From an uncultured Thermotogae bacterium (lineage in GTDB: Bacteria; Bipolaricaulota; Bipolaricaulia; M55B111), in NCBI GenBank assembly GCA_964645955.1, contig CAZYCI010000002.1:1-45046 (forward strand): a stretch of DNA of 45,046 nt, given 5' to 3'. Shown in pieces: positions 7,645 to 16,176 of this stretch (position 1 is its first letter; the number at the start of each line of letters is the position of its first letter). Made by a program: the position numbers and the translations under genes. The notes beneath the pieces were generated by a model that saw only the letters and a list, made by a program, of their open reading frames with translations, was not told the DNA's origin and did no database searches.

Positions 7645-8679
7645 ATGCAATCAAAAAGAAGTCTTCCTCTAGTTATCCTGGTGGGAACCCTTCTTATTGT
7701 CGGTTTTTCCTTCGGAGCCGTGACCGCGGAAAAGCCGGTCAAAATCGGAATAGCCCAAATCGTCGAACACCCGGCCTTAAACGCAGTGCGGGACGCGGTA
7801 ATTGAAGTAGTCAAGGAGAATGGTTACGAAGAGGGTAAGGACGTCAAGTTCTTGCTCAGAAATGCTCAGGGAGACTTCAACAACGCCCTCTCCATAGCTC
7901 AGACCTTCAAATCTCAAAACGTGGACGTCGTGGTGCCAATAGCTACACCGACCGCCCAGGCAGCTGCCGAGGTATTCAGCGAAACCCCGATCGTTGTCAG
8001 CGCGGTAACCAACCTGGTGGAGGCAGGGCTGGTCGATGATTACTCCAATTACGAAAACCCGGAAAACAACGGCAACATAACTGGAGTCACCGACATGACG
8101 CCGGTGAAAAAGCAAATCGAATTAATCACCGACCTAAGATCGGGTGTGGAAAAGGTCGGAATCGTCTTTAACCCCGGCGAAGCAAATTCTCGTTACCTCA
8201 ACTCGATAGCTGAAGAAGTCGCGGGCGAGATGGGAATAGAAATAGTCAAAGCAACGGCGAACAAAACCAGCGAGGTAAAGTTGGCGGCGGACTCCCTGAA
8301 AGGAAGAGTAGACGCAATCTGGATTTCAACCGACAACACTGTTGTATCGGCTCTTCCCGCCGTTTCCGAAGTAGCAAGAGACGAGAACGTTCCCCTTGTT
8401 ACTGCTGACCCGACTACAATACAGGACGGCCCGGTCGCTGCCTTTGGCTGGAGTTACGCCCGACACGGCAGAATCTGTGGCGAGGTAGTTGTTCGTGTTC
8501 TCGAAGGAGAAAAACCGAACGAGATACCAATTCAAGAACTGGCGCAAACCGAAGAGAACATTTCCATGGCCCTTAATTTGAACGTGGCAAAGCAAATCGA
8601 CCTTGAATTCCCCGATTCGGTACTAAAACAGGCCGATCGATTGTACTTTGGAGAACGACTCTGGGTCCCGGAGAAGTAA
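7645..8679 (+). CDS. ABC transporter substrate-binding protein (ABC_sub_bind / COG2984 type)
   Basis: 344 aa with a signal peptide and no lipobox. The KIGIAQIVEHPALNAVRDA and VDVVVPIATPTAQAA blocks match my recollection of the COG2984 family. It is followed by the cognate permease and ATPase. AGGAGG RBS. Confidence 0.75.
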   Translation: MQSKRSLPLVILVGTLLIVGFSFGAVTAEKPVKIGIAQIVEHPALNAVRDAVIEVVKENGYEEGKDVKFLLRNAQGDFNNALSIAQTFKSQNVDVVVPIATPTAQAAAEVFSETPIVVSAVTNLVEAGLVDDYSNYENPENNGNITGVTDMTPVKKQIELITDLRSGVEKVGIVFNPGEANSRYLNSIAEEVAGEMGIEIVKATANKTSEVKLAADSLKGRVDAIWISTDNTVVSALPAVSEVARDENVPLVTADPTTIQDGPVAAFGWSYARHGRICGEVVVRVLEGEKPNEIPIQELAQTEENISMALNLNVAKQIDLEFPDSVLKQADRLYFGERLWVPEK

Positions 8680-8716
8680 GGGGCTAATCTCAACAACCAA
8701 GCGGTGATCTCAATCG

Positions 8717-9619
8717 ATGTCACTTCTGATTAACTCTCTCGAACAAGGTCTTGTGTACGGATTAATGGCTCTCGGGGTCCTAATAACTTTCAGAGTACTG
8801 GACTTTCCAGATCTGACGGTTGATGGCAGCTTTCCTATGGGGGCGGGGATCACCGCTTCTCTACTTGTAATGGGGTGGAATCCGGTCCTTGCGATCGTCC
8901 TTGGTATATTAGGAGGGATTTTGGCCGGTACCGTCACCGGTATGTTGAGCACCAAATTAAACATTCTGAACCTGCTGGCGGGCATACTGACCATGACCCT
9001 CCTATATTCGGTGAACTTAAGAATAATGGGGCGGCCAAATATTCCCCTGATCGGTAGAGTTACAATTATTGACCAGGTTGATCAGTTAATAGAACCTCTG
9101 GGTCTAGGGCGCTATTCAACTCTATTATTCTTTGCCGTGCTGGTCGTTTGTGTAAAACTACTGCTCGACGTGTTCTTTAACACCGAGATCGGCCTGGCTC
9201 TCCGGGCAACTGGTGACAACGAACAAATGATTAAGGCCCAGGGTGTCAATACGGACAACATGAAGATCCTTGGTCTGGCCATTTCAAACGGGTTGGTCGC
9301 CCTATCCGGAGGGCTGGTAGCTCAGTATTCCGGTTTTGCCGACGTCGGCATGGGAATCGGAACGATCATAGCCGGCTTAGCTTCTGTAATCATAGGGGAG
9401 ACGCTATTACCAACGAAAAGCTTCCGCTGGATGACCACCGCCGTAATCGTGGGGTCCCTGATCTACCGGACCACCATAATGGTGGCGCTGCGGTACGGCC
9501 ACAACTTTGGCTTTAAGTCCAGTGACTTAAAACTAATCACTTCGATGATTGTCATTCTGGCCCTGGCAGTTCCCCAGGTAAGAGGGAAAATCGATCTGCA
9601 ATTTGGAGAGGAAACGTAG
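8717..9619 (+). CDS. ABC transporter permease (COG4120 type)
   Basis: 300-aa polytopic membrane protein. The N-terminus LEQGLVYGLMALGVLITFRVLDFPDLTVDGSFPMGA is typical of this permease family. Confidence 0.75.
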   Translation: MSLLINSLEQGLVYGLMALGVLITFRVLDFPDLTVDGSFPMGAGITASLLVMGWNPVLAIVLGILGGILAGTVTGMLSTKLNILNLLAGILTMTLLYSVNLRIMGRPNIPLIGRVTIIDQVDQLIEPLGLGRYSTLLFFAVLVVCVKLLLDVFFNTEIGLALRATGDNEQMIKAQGVNTDNMKILGLAISNGLVALSGGLVAQYSGFADVGMGIGTIIAGLASVIIGETLLPTKSFRWMTTAVIVGSLIYRTTIMVALRYGHNFGFKSSDLKLITSMIVILALAVPQVRGKIDLQFGEET

Positions 9620-9635
9620 AGTACGGGAGGGAATT

Positions 9636-10424
9636 ATGTTAGAAGTAATTAACTTGAGTAAGAAATTCCTCGAAGGGACAAACAACGAAGTCGTTGCGCT
9701 GGAAAGGCTCGATTACCACCTGGAAGAAGGTGACTTCGTATCGGTTATTGGGAGCAATGGTGCAGGAAAGACAACTTTCCTGAACTTAATCGCAGGTAGC
9801 ATCTACCCCACTACCGGAGAGGTGCTCGTAGAAGGTACCGACGTCACCAGCTACTCCGAACACCAGCGAGCTGCCTATATTGGCAGAGTATTTCAGGAAC
9901 CCGGCAAGGGTACGGCACCGGGAATGACCGTAGCCCAAAACTTGAGTTTGGCATTAAAAAAATCGGGCCGAGGGCTGCGCAGGGGAGTTACCTCGGAGAG
10001 AAAAGAGAGATTTCAGAAAGAACTAAGCAAGCTGGGACTGGGGCTTGAAGACAGACTGGAGGAGAGAATCAGGCACCTATCAGGGGGTCAGAGGCAGGGA
10101 ATAGCCGTGCTCATGGCCACCCTCACCACCCCAAAACTGCTGCTGCTCGACGAACATACGGCTTCGCTAGATCCGAAAAACGCCGATAAAATAATAGAAA
10201 TTACCGAGAAGTTAGTGGAAGCCAAAGGTTTGACAACGATCATGGTAACCCACGACATGAAACAGGCTCTCGATCTCGGCAACAGGTTAACCATGCTTCA
10301 CCGGGGCAACATAGTCTACGACGTAAATGGACAAAGGAAGCAGGCGCTGACGATTGACGATCTACTCGAGAGCTTTTCCAAGAGGGACATCGAAGACGAC
10401 GAACTTTTACTCAGCATCGAGTAA
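9636..10424 (+). CDS. ABC transporter ATP-binding protein (COG1101 type)
   Basis: Walker A GSNGAGKTT, signature LSGGQRQGIAV, Walker B LLLDEHTASLD. I place the start at ATG 9636, 5 nt after GGGAGGG. The ORF-track TTG at 9603 overlaps the permease gene and has no RBS. Confidence 0.8.
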   Translation: MLEVINLSKKFLEGTNNEVVALERLDYHLEEGDFVSVIGSNGAGKTTFLNLIAGSIYPTTGEVLVEGTDVTSYSEHQRAAYIGRVFQEPGKGTAPGMTVAQNLSLALKKSGRGLRRGVTSERKERFQKELSKLGLGLEDRLEERIRHLSGGQRQGIAVLMATLTTPKLLLLDEHTASLDPKNADKIIEITEKLVEAKGLTTIMVTHDMKQALDLGNRLTMLHRGNIVYDVNGQRKQALTIDDLLESFSKRDIEDDELLLSIE

Positions 10425-10462
10425 ATCCAATAGGTAACTACAGAATTTAATTTACGGTCCTT

Positions 10463-11317
10463 TTATTCCCTATCTACTACCCGCTTTATGGCCTGGAGCG
10501 CGACCTCAAGCTGGTCGTCGGAGGGCTCCCGCGTCGTAATCTTCTGCAGCATTAATCCCGGCAATAAGAAAGGCTTCAGAAAGGGATTTTCTGCGTGCTT
10601 ACCGGAAAACCGAAGTATTTCGTAAGAAACTCCCGCAACGACGGGAAGTAACAGAATTCGAGACGCTATTTTTATCAATATAGGAGGGTTGCCAACGAGC
10701 GAAAAGGTAAGAATTGCAACCACCAGGACAATCATCAAAAATGCCGTTCCACATCTGGGATGGAGCGTGCTGTAACCCCTGGCCTCTTCTACGACCAGGT
10801 CCTTATCGTTTTCGTAAGCATATACCGATTTGTGCTCCGCCCCATGATACTGAAAAACACGCTTTATATCCTCGAAGTACGTAATGCCGGCCAGGTAGAG
10901 CAGAAAGAAACCGATCCTGATAAGTCCCTCAACGAGGTTAAAAAGGAAGGCGTTGGCCTCGGATAGCCCCCAGAGATTGTTCGTCGCCCAGACGGGCAAC
11001 ACGACAAAAACCCCGATTGCAACCAGAAAGGCAATTCCGGTTGTCAAGATGGTCTCGGACGTTCCGAACTCTTCTTCCTCGTCTTCAAGAGCAAGTTCTG
11101 CGGAAAGGTTCAGAGCCCTTATCCCGGTACTCATCATGTCGTAGAGGTTAAATATCCCTCTCACAAAAGGAATATTACTTAATCTTTTGAATTTATTCCG
11201 GGGTTCCAGGTCCTCTACGACGATCTCTCCATCGGAGGCACGCCTCACTGCAACGGAGATATCGTCACCGTTTCTCATTAAGACGCCTTCAATTACTGCC
11301 TGTCCTCCAACTGGCAT
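10463..11317 (-). CDS. DUF1385 family membrane protein
   Basis: The N-terminus GGQAVIEGVLMR, a YHGAEHK motif and several TM segments match DUF1385. Its position next to rpmE is a commonly seen synteny. Confidence 0.75.
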   Translation of the reverse strand: MPVGGQAVIEGVLMRNGDDISVAVRRASDGEIVVEDLEPRNKFKRLSNIPFVRGIFNLYDMMSTGIRALNLSAELALEDEEEEFGTSETILTTGIAFLVAIGVFVVLPVWATNNLWGLSEANAFLFNLVEGLIRIGFFLLYLAGITYFEDIKRVFQYHGAEHKSVYAYENDKDLVVEEARGYSTLHPRCGTAFLMIVLVVAILTFSLVGNPPILIKIASRILLLPVVAGVSYEILRFSGKHAENPFLKPFLLPGLMLQKITTREPSDDQLEVALQAIKRVVDRE

Positions 11318-11352
11318 GGTAACCCCGGTAAAATTGAAGAGCTAGAAAGGCC

Positions 11353-11628
11353 TTAATCGCTCTCTTCCGCTTCGGATACCTCGTCTTCTTCGGCCTCTGT
11401 TTCCGCTTCCTCGCTTTCCGCTTCGTCCGACTCGATTCCGTACTTCTTCTCGAACTTGCTAATGCGTCCTTCGGAATCAAGAAATCTATCGCCCTCGGAA
11501 AAGAACGGATGACATTCCGAACAGACGTCCACGTGCAGGTCTTCCTTCGTGGATAATGTCTCGAAAGTATTGCCGCACGCACACTTTACCTCTATCTTCT
11601 TCATATCAGGGTGTATTCCTTCTTTCAT
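11353..11628 (-). CDS. rpmE: 50S ribosomal protein L31 with acidic C-terminal extension
   Basis: MKEGIHPD..., CACGN ... CSECHPFF, which is the type-A zinc-ribbon pattern. GGAGTGAGGT RBS. The 26-aa tail contains 16 D/E residues. Confidence 0.9.
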   Translation of the reverse strand: MKEGIHPDMKKIEVKCACGNTFETLSTKEDLHVDVCSECHPFFSEGDRFLDSEGRISKFEKKYGIESDEAESEEAETEAEEDEVSEAEESD

Positions 11629-11692
11629 TTTACCTCACTCCATTCAAATCTGATTTCAGCTGATTCGAAATAGATAACCAGGAAAAGCGGTA

Positions 11693-12115
11693 TTAACGTT
11701 TGGAGAACTGCTGTCCTCTTCTCGCTTTGTGCTTTCCAACTTTCTTTCTTTCCACCATTCTCGGATCCCTTGTCAGCAGGTCCTCTTGCTTTAGATCCTT
11801 TTTGTATTCTTCTCCCAGTGCAGTCATCGCTCTTGCTATCCCGTGTTGAATTGCTTCCAGCTGGGCCTTGTATCCCCCACCTTCCACGTTCACTTCTACG
11901 TCGAAGTTGTTTTTCGTTCCCGTTACGGAAAAAGGTTTACGCGCAATGAGGTCAACGGTGTCCTCGGTAAAAGGAAGCGCGCTGAAGTAATCATTCACGT
12001 CTTTACCATTGACTCTTATCTCGCCGTTACCTCTTTCCAGGTATACTCGTGCTTTGGATTCCTTTCGCTTACCAACGCAATGTGCTCTTCCATCAACGAC
12101 TTTTGGTTGTGCCAT
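11693..12115 (-). CDS. rpsI: 30S ribosomal protein S9
   Basis: 140 aa. GKRKESKARVYL..G.G.I.VNG and the C-terminus KARRGQQFSKR are canonical S9 features. GGAGGT RBS. Confidence 0.9.
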   Translation of the reverse strand: MAQPKVVDGRAHCVGKRKESKARVYLERGNGEIRVNGKDVNDYFSALPFTEDTVDLIARKPFSVTGTKNNFDVEVNVEGGGYKAQLEAIQHGIARAMTALGEEYKKDLKQEDLLTRDPRMVERKKVGKHKARRGQQFSKR

Positions 12116-12158
12116 TGATATTTATACCTCCAGTTCCCAATGAGTTCTCATCAATGAT

Positions 12159-12186
12159 AAAAAACCAGTTCATGGATTGCAACTGG
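12159..12186 (-). terminator. Rho-independent terminator after rsmA (minus strand)
   Basis: On the minus strand, CCAGTT - 10-nt loop - AACTGG followed by TTTTTT. It lies directly downstream of the rsmA stop codon. Confidence 0.5.
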
Positions 12187-12193
12187 GACGGAT

Positions 12194-13063
12194 TTAATTC
12201 TCGGTGACACTCTCTATTTGCCCCGCGAGACGAGCGAATTCACCGAGCGTGAGCTCTTCGGGTCTCTTGCCTGAATCGATCCCGGCTGCTTCCAGAATCG
12301 ACTCTACTGTACCTTTGGTAAAGGAGAACTCGGGGGTACTCGTTAAGCCGTTCCGTATCGTCTTCCTCCTGTGGGTGAAGCTCCCCCTGAGAATCTTGTC
12401 AAACAGGTTTTCGTCCACATCCAGCCCTCCTTTTCGGGGAAAATTTACCTCCAGGACGGTCGAGAAGACTTCCGGTTGGGGATAAAAGTGTTCCGGCGGG
12501 ACATCCATGACCCGATTCACATTCCCGTAAGCACGGACAAGGTAAGACATCCTGCTGCAATTCCTCGTTCCCGGTTCAGCCAAAATCCTATCCGCCACTT
12601 CCCTCTGCAGAGTAAAGACCGTTTTGTCAAAGAGGTCCCTGTTTCCGATGGCTTTCCGCAGTATTTTTCCTGTAATGTTGTACGGGATATTACCGACGAG
12701 CTTGTTTCCCTCGGCTCCCCCCGTGACGAACTCCGAAAAATCCAGGTCGAGCACGTTGCCCTCTACGAACTTCACGTTTTCTTCCGGGTTGATTTCCTCA
12801 AAGGGTTCCCGAAACCCTCCGTACAGCTCTATGGCGTACACAGTAGTGAAGCTTTCCTTTAACAAGCAGGTCAGCGTTCCCATGGCAGCTCCAATCTCAA
12901 CCACCGTACCGCCGCCACCGGCTGTTTTACATATTGAACTGATTGTCGGACGATCGAGGAGGAAATGCTGACCGACATCTTCGTTGGGACGGATACCAAA
13001 GGAGTGGAGGAACTTACGCAGACCTTCCCTGCTATAGAGTTTCTGGCAATTTGAAAACTTCAA
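12194..13063 (-). CDS. rsmA: 16S rRNA (adenine1518/1519-N6)-dimethyltransferase
   Basis: GQHFL near the N-terminus, the SAM motif VVEIGAAMGTLT, and the NIPYNITG motif. The TTG start overlaps the stop of the upstream acyltransferase gene. Confidence 0.85.
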   Translation of the reverse strand: MKFSNCQKLYSREGLRKFLHSFGIRPNEDVGQHFLLDRPTISSICKTAGGGGTVVEIGAAMGTLTCLLKESFTTVYAIELYGGFREPFEEINPEENVKFVEGNVLDLDFSEFVTGGAEGNKLVGNIPYNITGKILRKAIGNRDLFDKTVFTLQREVADRILAEPGTRNCSRMSYLVRAYGNVNRVMDVPPEHFYPQPEVFSTVLEVNFPRKGGLDVDENLFDKILRGSFTHRRKTIRNGLTSTPEFSFTKGTVESILEAAGIDSGKRPEELTLGEFARLAGQIESVTEN

Positions 13064-14337
13064 AGCTCTATCAACCCGACCTTTTCCAGTCCCTTTAGCT
13101 CGTTTGCACAGTAATTAACCGGGTCCCTTCTGTAACCCCGGGGAGCTGTCTCCCTGTTGTAGCCGAGATCGGATTCGAGCTCCAAAACCCTCCCCCCTAC
13201 GCGTCGGTTCCCCTCCACAGTTAGAACGTTCCTCTTCCTGCAGTAATTAATGAAGGATTCCCACCGTTTCTCAACCCCTTCCAACTCGGAAAGACGGTCA
13301 TCCACGTTGAACTTCGACTCCTTGAAAAATTCCAGTGTATCGTTGACCCGGCCCCGCAGTTCCTTTTCGTCTATTTTATCTCGCCCGGTTTCCCGAGCTT
13401 TGACCAGATAGTAACTGGCGATCTGACCAAGATTTATCGTGGTTAGCCCAAGAATCGTCCGTCTGAGTTTCTTGCTTTTCTCCTTCCTGTCTAGTCGGTC
13501 CAGACCACGCATTTCTTCACCCGCCTGGACGAAGATCTTGGTTTTACGGTCCGTCAGGAAGTCATAGGTGATGTTGGTCGGAACGACGACGACTTCCGAC
13601 TCGGCTTCGTCAATCAAAATGAGCAAACTATCCTTGAGCTGTCCGAGCATTCCGTCCTGTGATAGCCTGCCCTCCGGCGTTATATAAAGTATCGCTCCTT
13701 CGTTCAAAAGCTCTATGAACTTACCGAGTTGCTCCTTTACCGCCCCAAGTTTGGTCTGCTTGACCGCCTTTCTGAACTCGGACTTAAAATAACTTGATCT
13801 TATTTTTTTTCTGGGATAACCTTCCTTTTCAAAGAACTCCGAGATTCGCATATAGGGGCTACCAAAAGAAGTATCCTCCAGTAGCTTATTCAGGGCTTCC
13901 TCCTCTATTACCTCTCGCAATTCCGGATCATCGTCCTCTTCCTGAATGATTCTCAGAGCTTCGTGGACCGGCACCGAATGGAAGTCCAGCTTGCCTATCG
14001 GGTAAGCATTGAGCCACTGAAGCACGTGATTGAGCGACAGGGGCTGGAGAACTTTTTTTAATAGCTTCGGCCCTTTAATCCAATCGGCCAGGAAACCAGG
14101 CTGAAACAGGTTTTCGTCACCCATGAAGGAAACGGGTGTAGACGGGTTTAAAAAACCTTCGTGATAGTAGAAAACCGAAGCAATCAAGACGGAATCCAGG
14201 TCGCGCTTGTGATTTGCGACGATTAGCGAAGATGGAGATTCGGAGTAGTGCTCCATGCCATCTATCTGGAGGTCGAAAAAGGGTTTGATTCCCAACCTGA
14301 AGGTCAAACCAATCAAGTTATAAGCCAGCCAGCTCAT
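13060..14337 (-). CDS. PlsC-family (lysophospholipid/glycerol-phosphate) acyltransferase with about 170-aa C-terminal extension
   Basis: HX4D motif NHKRDLD, FMGDENLF, and a PEGR block (ITPEGRLS). The C-terminal third is unassigned. Confidence 0.65.
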   Translation of the reverse strand: MSWLAYNLIGLTFRLGIKPFFDLQIDGMEHYSESPSSLIVANHKRDLDSVLIASVFYYHEGFLNPSTPVSFMGDENLFQPGFLADWIKGPKLLKKVLQPLSLNHVLQWLNAYPIGKLDFHSVPVHEALRIIQEEDDDPELREVIEEEALNKLLEDTSFGSPYMRISEFFEKEGYPRKKIRSSYFKSEFRKAVKQTKLGAVKEQLGKFIELLNEGAILYITPEGRLSQDGMLGQLKDSLLILIDEAESEVVVVPTNITYDFLTDRKTKIFVQAGEEMRGLDRLDRKEKSKKLRRTILGLTTINLGQIASYYLVKARETGRDKIDEKELRGRVNDTLEFFKESKFNVDDRLSELEGVEKRWESFINYCRKRNVLTVEGNRRVGGRVLELESDLGYNRETAPRGYRRDPVNYCANELKGLEKVGLIEL

Positions 14338-14504
14338 AAAGCCCCTTAACTTTTTCTCCTATTTCGCCGAATTTTATTTTTGTGTTCTACTTCATAATAT
14401 TCAGATATGGTGAGGAAAATCACAAGTGGTTGCGATTTCCGGGCGCGCTCGATAATCTTATACCCATAACCCTAATAGACAAATAAAAGACGAGGAATGA
14501 CTAA

Positions 14505-15506
14505 ATGAAAACTGTTTGTGTTTACCAGGACCCAACTATGTACGGAGTGCATGGGATAACTGCAGCGGTCAAGCAACAGCGTAAAGCACTGCGGAAGAAT
14601 GGAATAGAAGTCAAGAAAAAACCCGAGGAACCTTATGACGTAATTCACATAAATTGGCCGGGACCGATATCCTATCTCAGGTTAAAACAGGCTCAGAGGC
14701 GGGGGAAAATGGGTGTGGTGTTCGCGCACTCCGGCAAGGATATCGAAGGCGGCTTCACTCTTTCGAGTTACCTGGAAAAACCCTTCATCAAGTGGCTTTC
14801 GACCCTGTACGACTCGGGAGACAGGATAATTACTCCCTCCGAATACACCAAAGAAATGATAGCTGACTTTGGAGTGGACCAGAGCAAAACCCGGGTGGTT
14901 AGCAACGGCGTTGACCTATCAAAAGTCGAGTACTCCGAAGAAGGACGTCAGAAATACAGAGATCGCTTCGATCTGGACCGACCAACCGTAATCGTCGTCG
15001 GGCAGGTAATACCGAGAAAGGATATAACCACTTTTGTAAAAGTTGCAAGTGAATTGCCCGAGTACCAGTTCATCTGGTACGGACACAGGATGAACAGGCT
15101 TTTCATGTTTGATCAGAAAATGGATAGGGCGATCAAGAACTCGCCGGAAAACGTCCAGTTTACCGGTTACGTTGAAGACATAGGGGCGGCATTTTCTTCC
15201 GGCGACCTTTTTTTCTTTCCTTCAAAAGAGGAAAACGAAGGGATCGTGCTCCTTGAAGCTGCAGCACACGGCCTTCCGATAGTTACCAGGGACCTGCCGG
15301 CATACAAAGGCTGGCTTGAAGATGGCCGCAATTGTTTAAAAGGTAACGAAAAGGAAGAATTCGCCGAGCTCATCACGCAGGTCATGGAAAACGAAGACAT
15401 GAAAGAGGAACTAACGGATGAAGCAAGAAAAACAGCCAAAAGACACGGACTGGACCGAATCGGGGAACAGTACATAGAGGTCTACGAAGAATACCTGGGG
15501 AGCTAA
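14505..15506 (+). CDS. Glycosyltransferase family 4 (GT-B)
   Basis: EX7E motif in FFFPSKEENEGIVLLEAAAHGLPIVTRD. It also has the GT4-type block VGQVIPRKD. Confidence 0.7.
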   Translation: MKTVCVYQDPTMYGVHGITAAVKQQRKALRKNGIEVKKKPEEPYDVIHINWPGPISYLRLKQAQRRGKMGVVFAHSGKDIEGGFTLSSYLEKPFIKWLSTLYDSGDRIITPSEYTKEMIADFGVDQSKTRVVSNGVDLSKVEYSEEGRQKYRDRFDLDRPTVIVVGQVIPRKDITTFVKVASELPEYQFIWYGHRMNRLFMFDQKMDRAIKNSPENVQFTGYVEDIGAAFSSGDLFFFPSKEENEGIVLLEAAAHGLPIVTRDLPAYKGWLEDGRNCLKGNEKEEFAELITQVMENEDMKEELTDEARKTAKRHGLDRIGEQYIEVYEEYLGS

Positions 15507-15818
15507 CTGGATCGGGATCGGATTGAAGCCGTCGCAGGTATTTCAAGAGAAACAAAGACGGATTTGCCCAGCCGGGAATTATCGTGGTTACCCAGAAACC
15601 TTGGGTACTTTCACCCTAAATAATCCATTCTACCTTTCTTCAAGACAACACTCTTTAAAGGGTCTTGAATCATTGGAAGGGAGCTACTAATCTTTCCAGG
15701 TTAATCAACTATTTATTTGAAGTCAATATACATTTATTAGTCGATTATTTAATTTATTATATATCTAATTTATATTTTTCCAAGATTTATTATTTTAGCT
15801 TAATTTATATATTATCAC

Positions 15819-15846
15819 TTGAAAATATAAATTTAGCCACTATAAT
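15819..15846 (+). promoter_or_regulatory. Sigma70-type promoter (TTGAAA - 16 nt - TATAAT) for the small ORF
   Basis: TTGAAA at 15819-15824 and a perfect TATAAT at 15841-15846. The promoter is embedded in a very AT-rich tract. Confidence 0.5.
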
Positions 15847-15910
15847 CATGTTGAGTTAGTTGAAGTAAATAAAGCCAATAAGTTTTCAAGCACACTAGGA
15901 GGTGTCCTTC

Positions 15911-16039
15911 ATGAAGAAGAACGAAAACGCTGCAAAAAGGTACTCTACAATCAAGACAATCTACAATGAGACTTACCGAGAAGATATCTCACGGAAAATG
16001 AGAGAAAAAGCGGCAAACGAAAAGGAAAATTGTTCGTAA
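15911..16039 (+). CDS. Small basic protein, 42 aa (MKKNENAAKRYSTIKTIYNETYREDISRKMREKAANEKENCS), unknown function
   Basis: AGGAGGTG (15897-15904) lies 6 nt before the ATG. The gene has its own promoter and a strong terminator directly downstream. It is not in the ORF track because it is under 60 aa. Confidence 0.55.
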   Translation: MKKNENAAKRYSTIKTIYNETYREDISRKMREKAANEKENCS

Positions 16040-16065
16040 ATCCATTAAGCCCAAGAACTTAAAAT

Positions 16066-16100
16066 AATAAGGGAGGGGTTTCCCCCTTCCTTATTATTTC
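16066..16100. terminator. Bidirectional rho-independent terminator (small ORF on +, glycosyltransferase on -)
   Basis: AATAAGGGAGGGG-tttc-CCCCTTCCTTATT forms a 13-bp stem with one G-U pair. It is flanked by an A-rich 5' tract and a T-rich 3' tract. Confidence 0.7.
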
Positions 16101-16176
16101 TTAATCCTTTCAATATATCCATCTTCCTATTTCAGTAAGTTAAAAACGTTCTCAAAACCAGAAACGGTCACGGTAA

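Noticed and set aside
15665-15859. 64-aa ORF (MNHWKGATNLSRLINYLF...) inside the AT-rich island.
   Set aside because: It has a TTG start without an RBS. The translation is Ile/Tyr/Leu/Asn-rich, as expected from translating roughly 16% GC DNA. It also overlaps the promoter of the better-supported 42-codon gene.
15660-15900. The AT-rich island as a possible replication origin.
   Set aside because: There are no DnaA-box-like TTATCCACA/TGTGGATAA sequences and no dnaA/dnaN/gidA-type neighbours.
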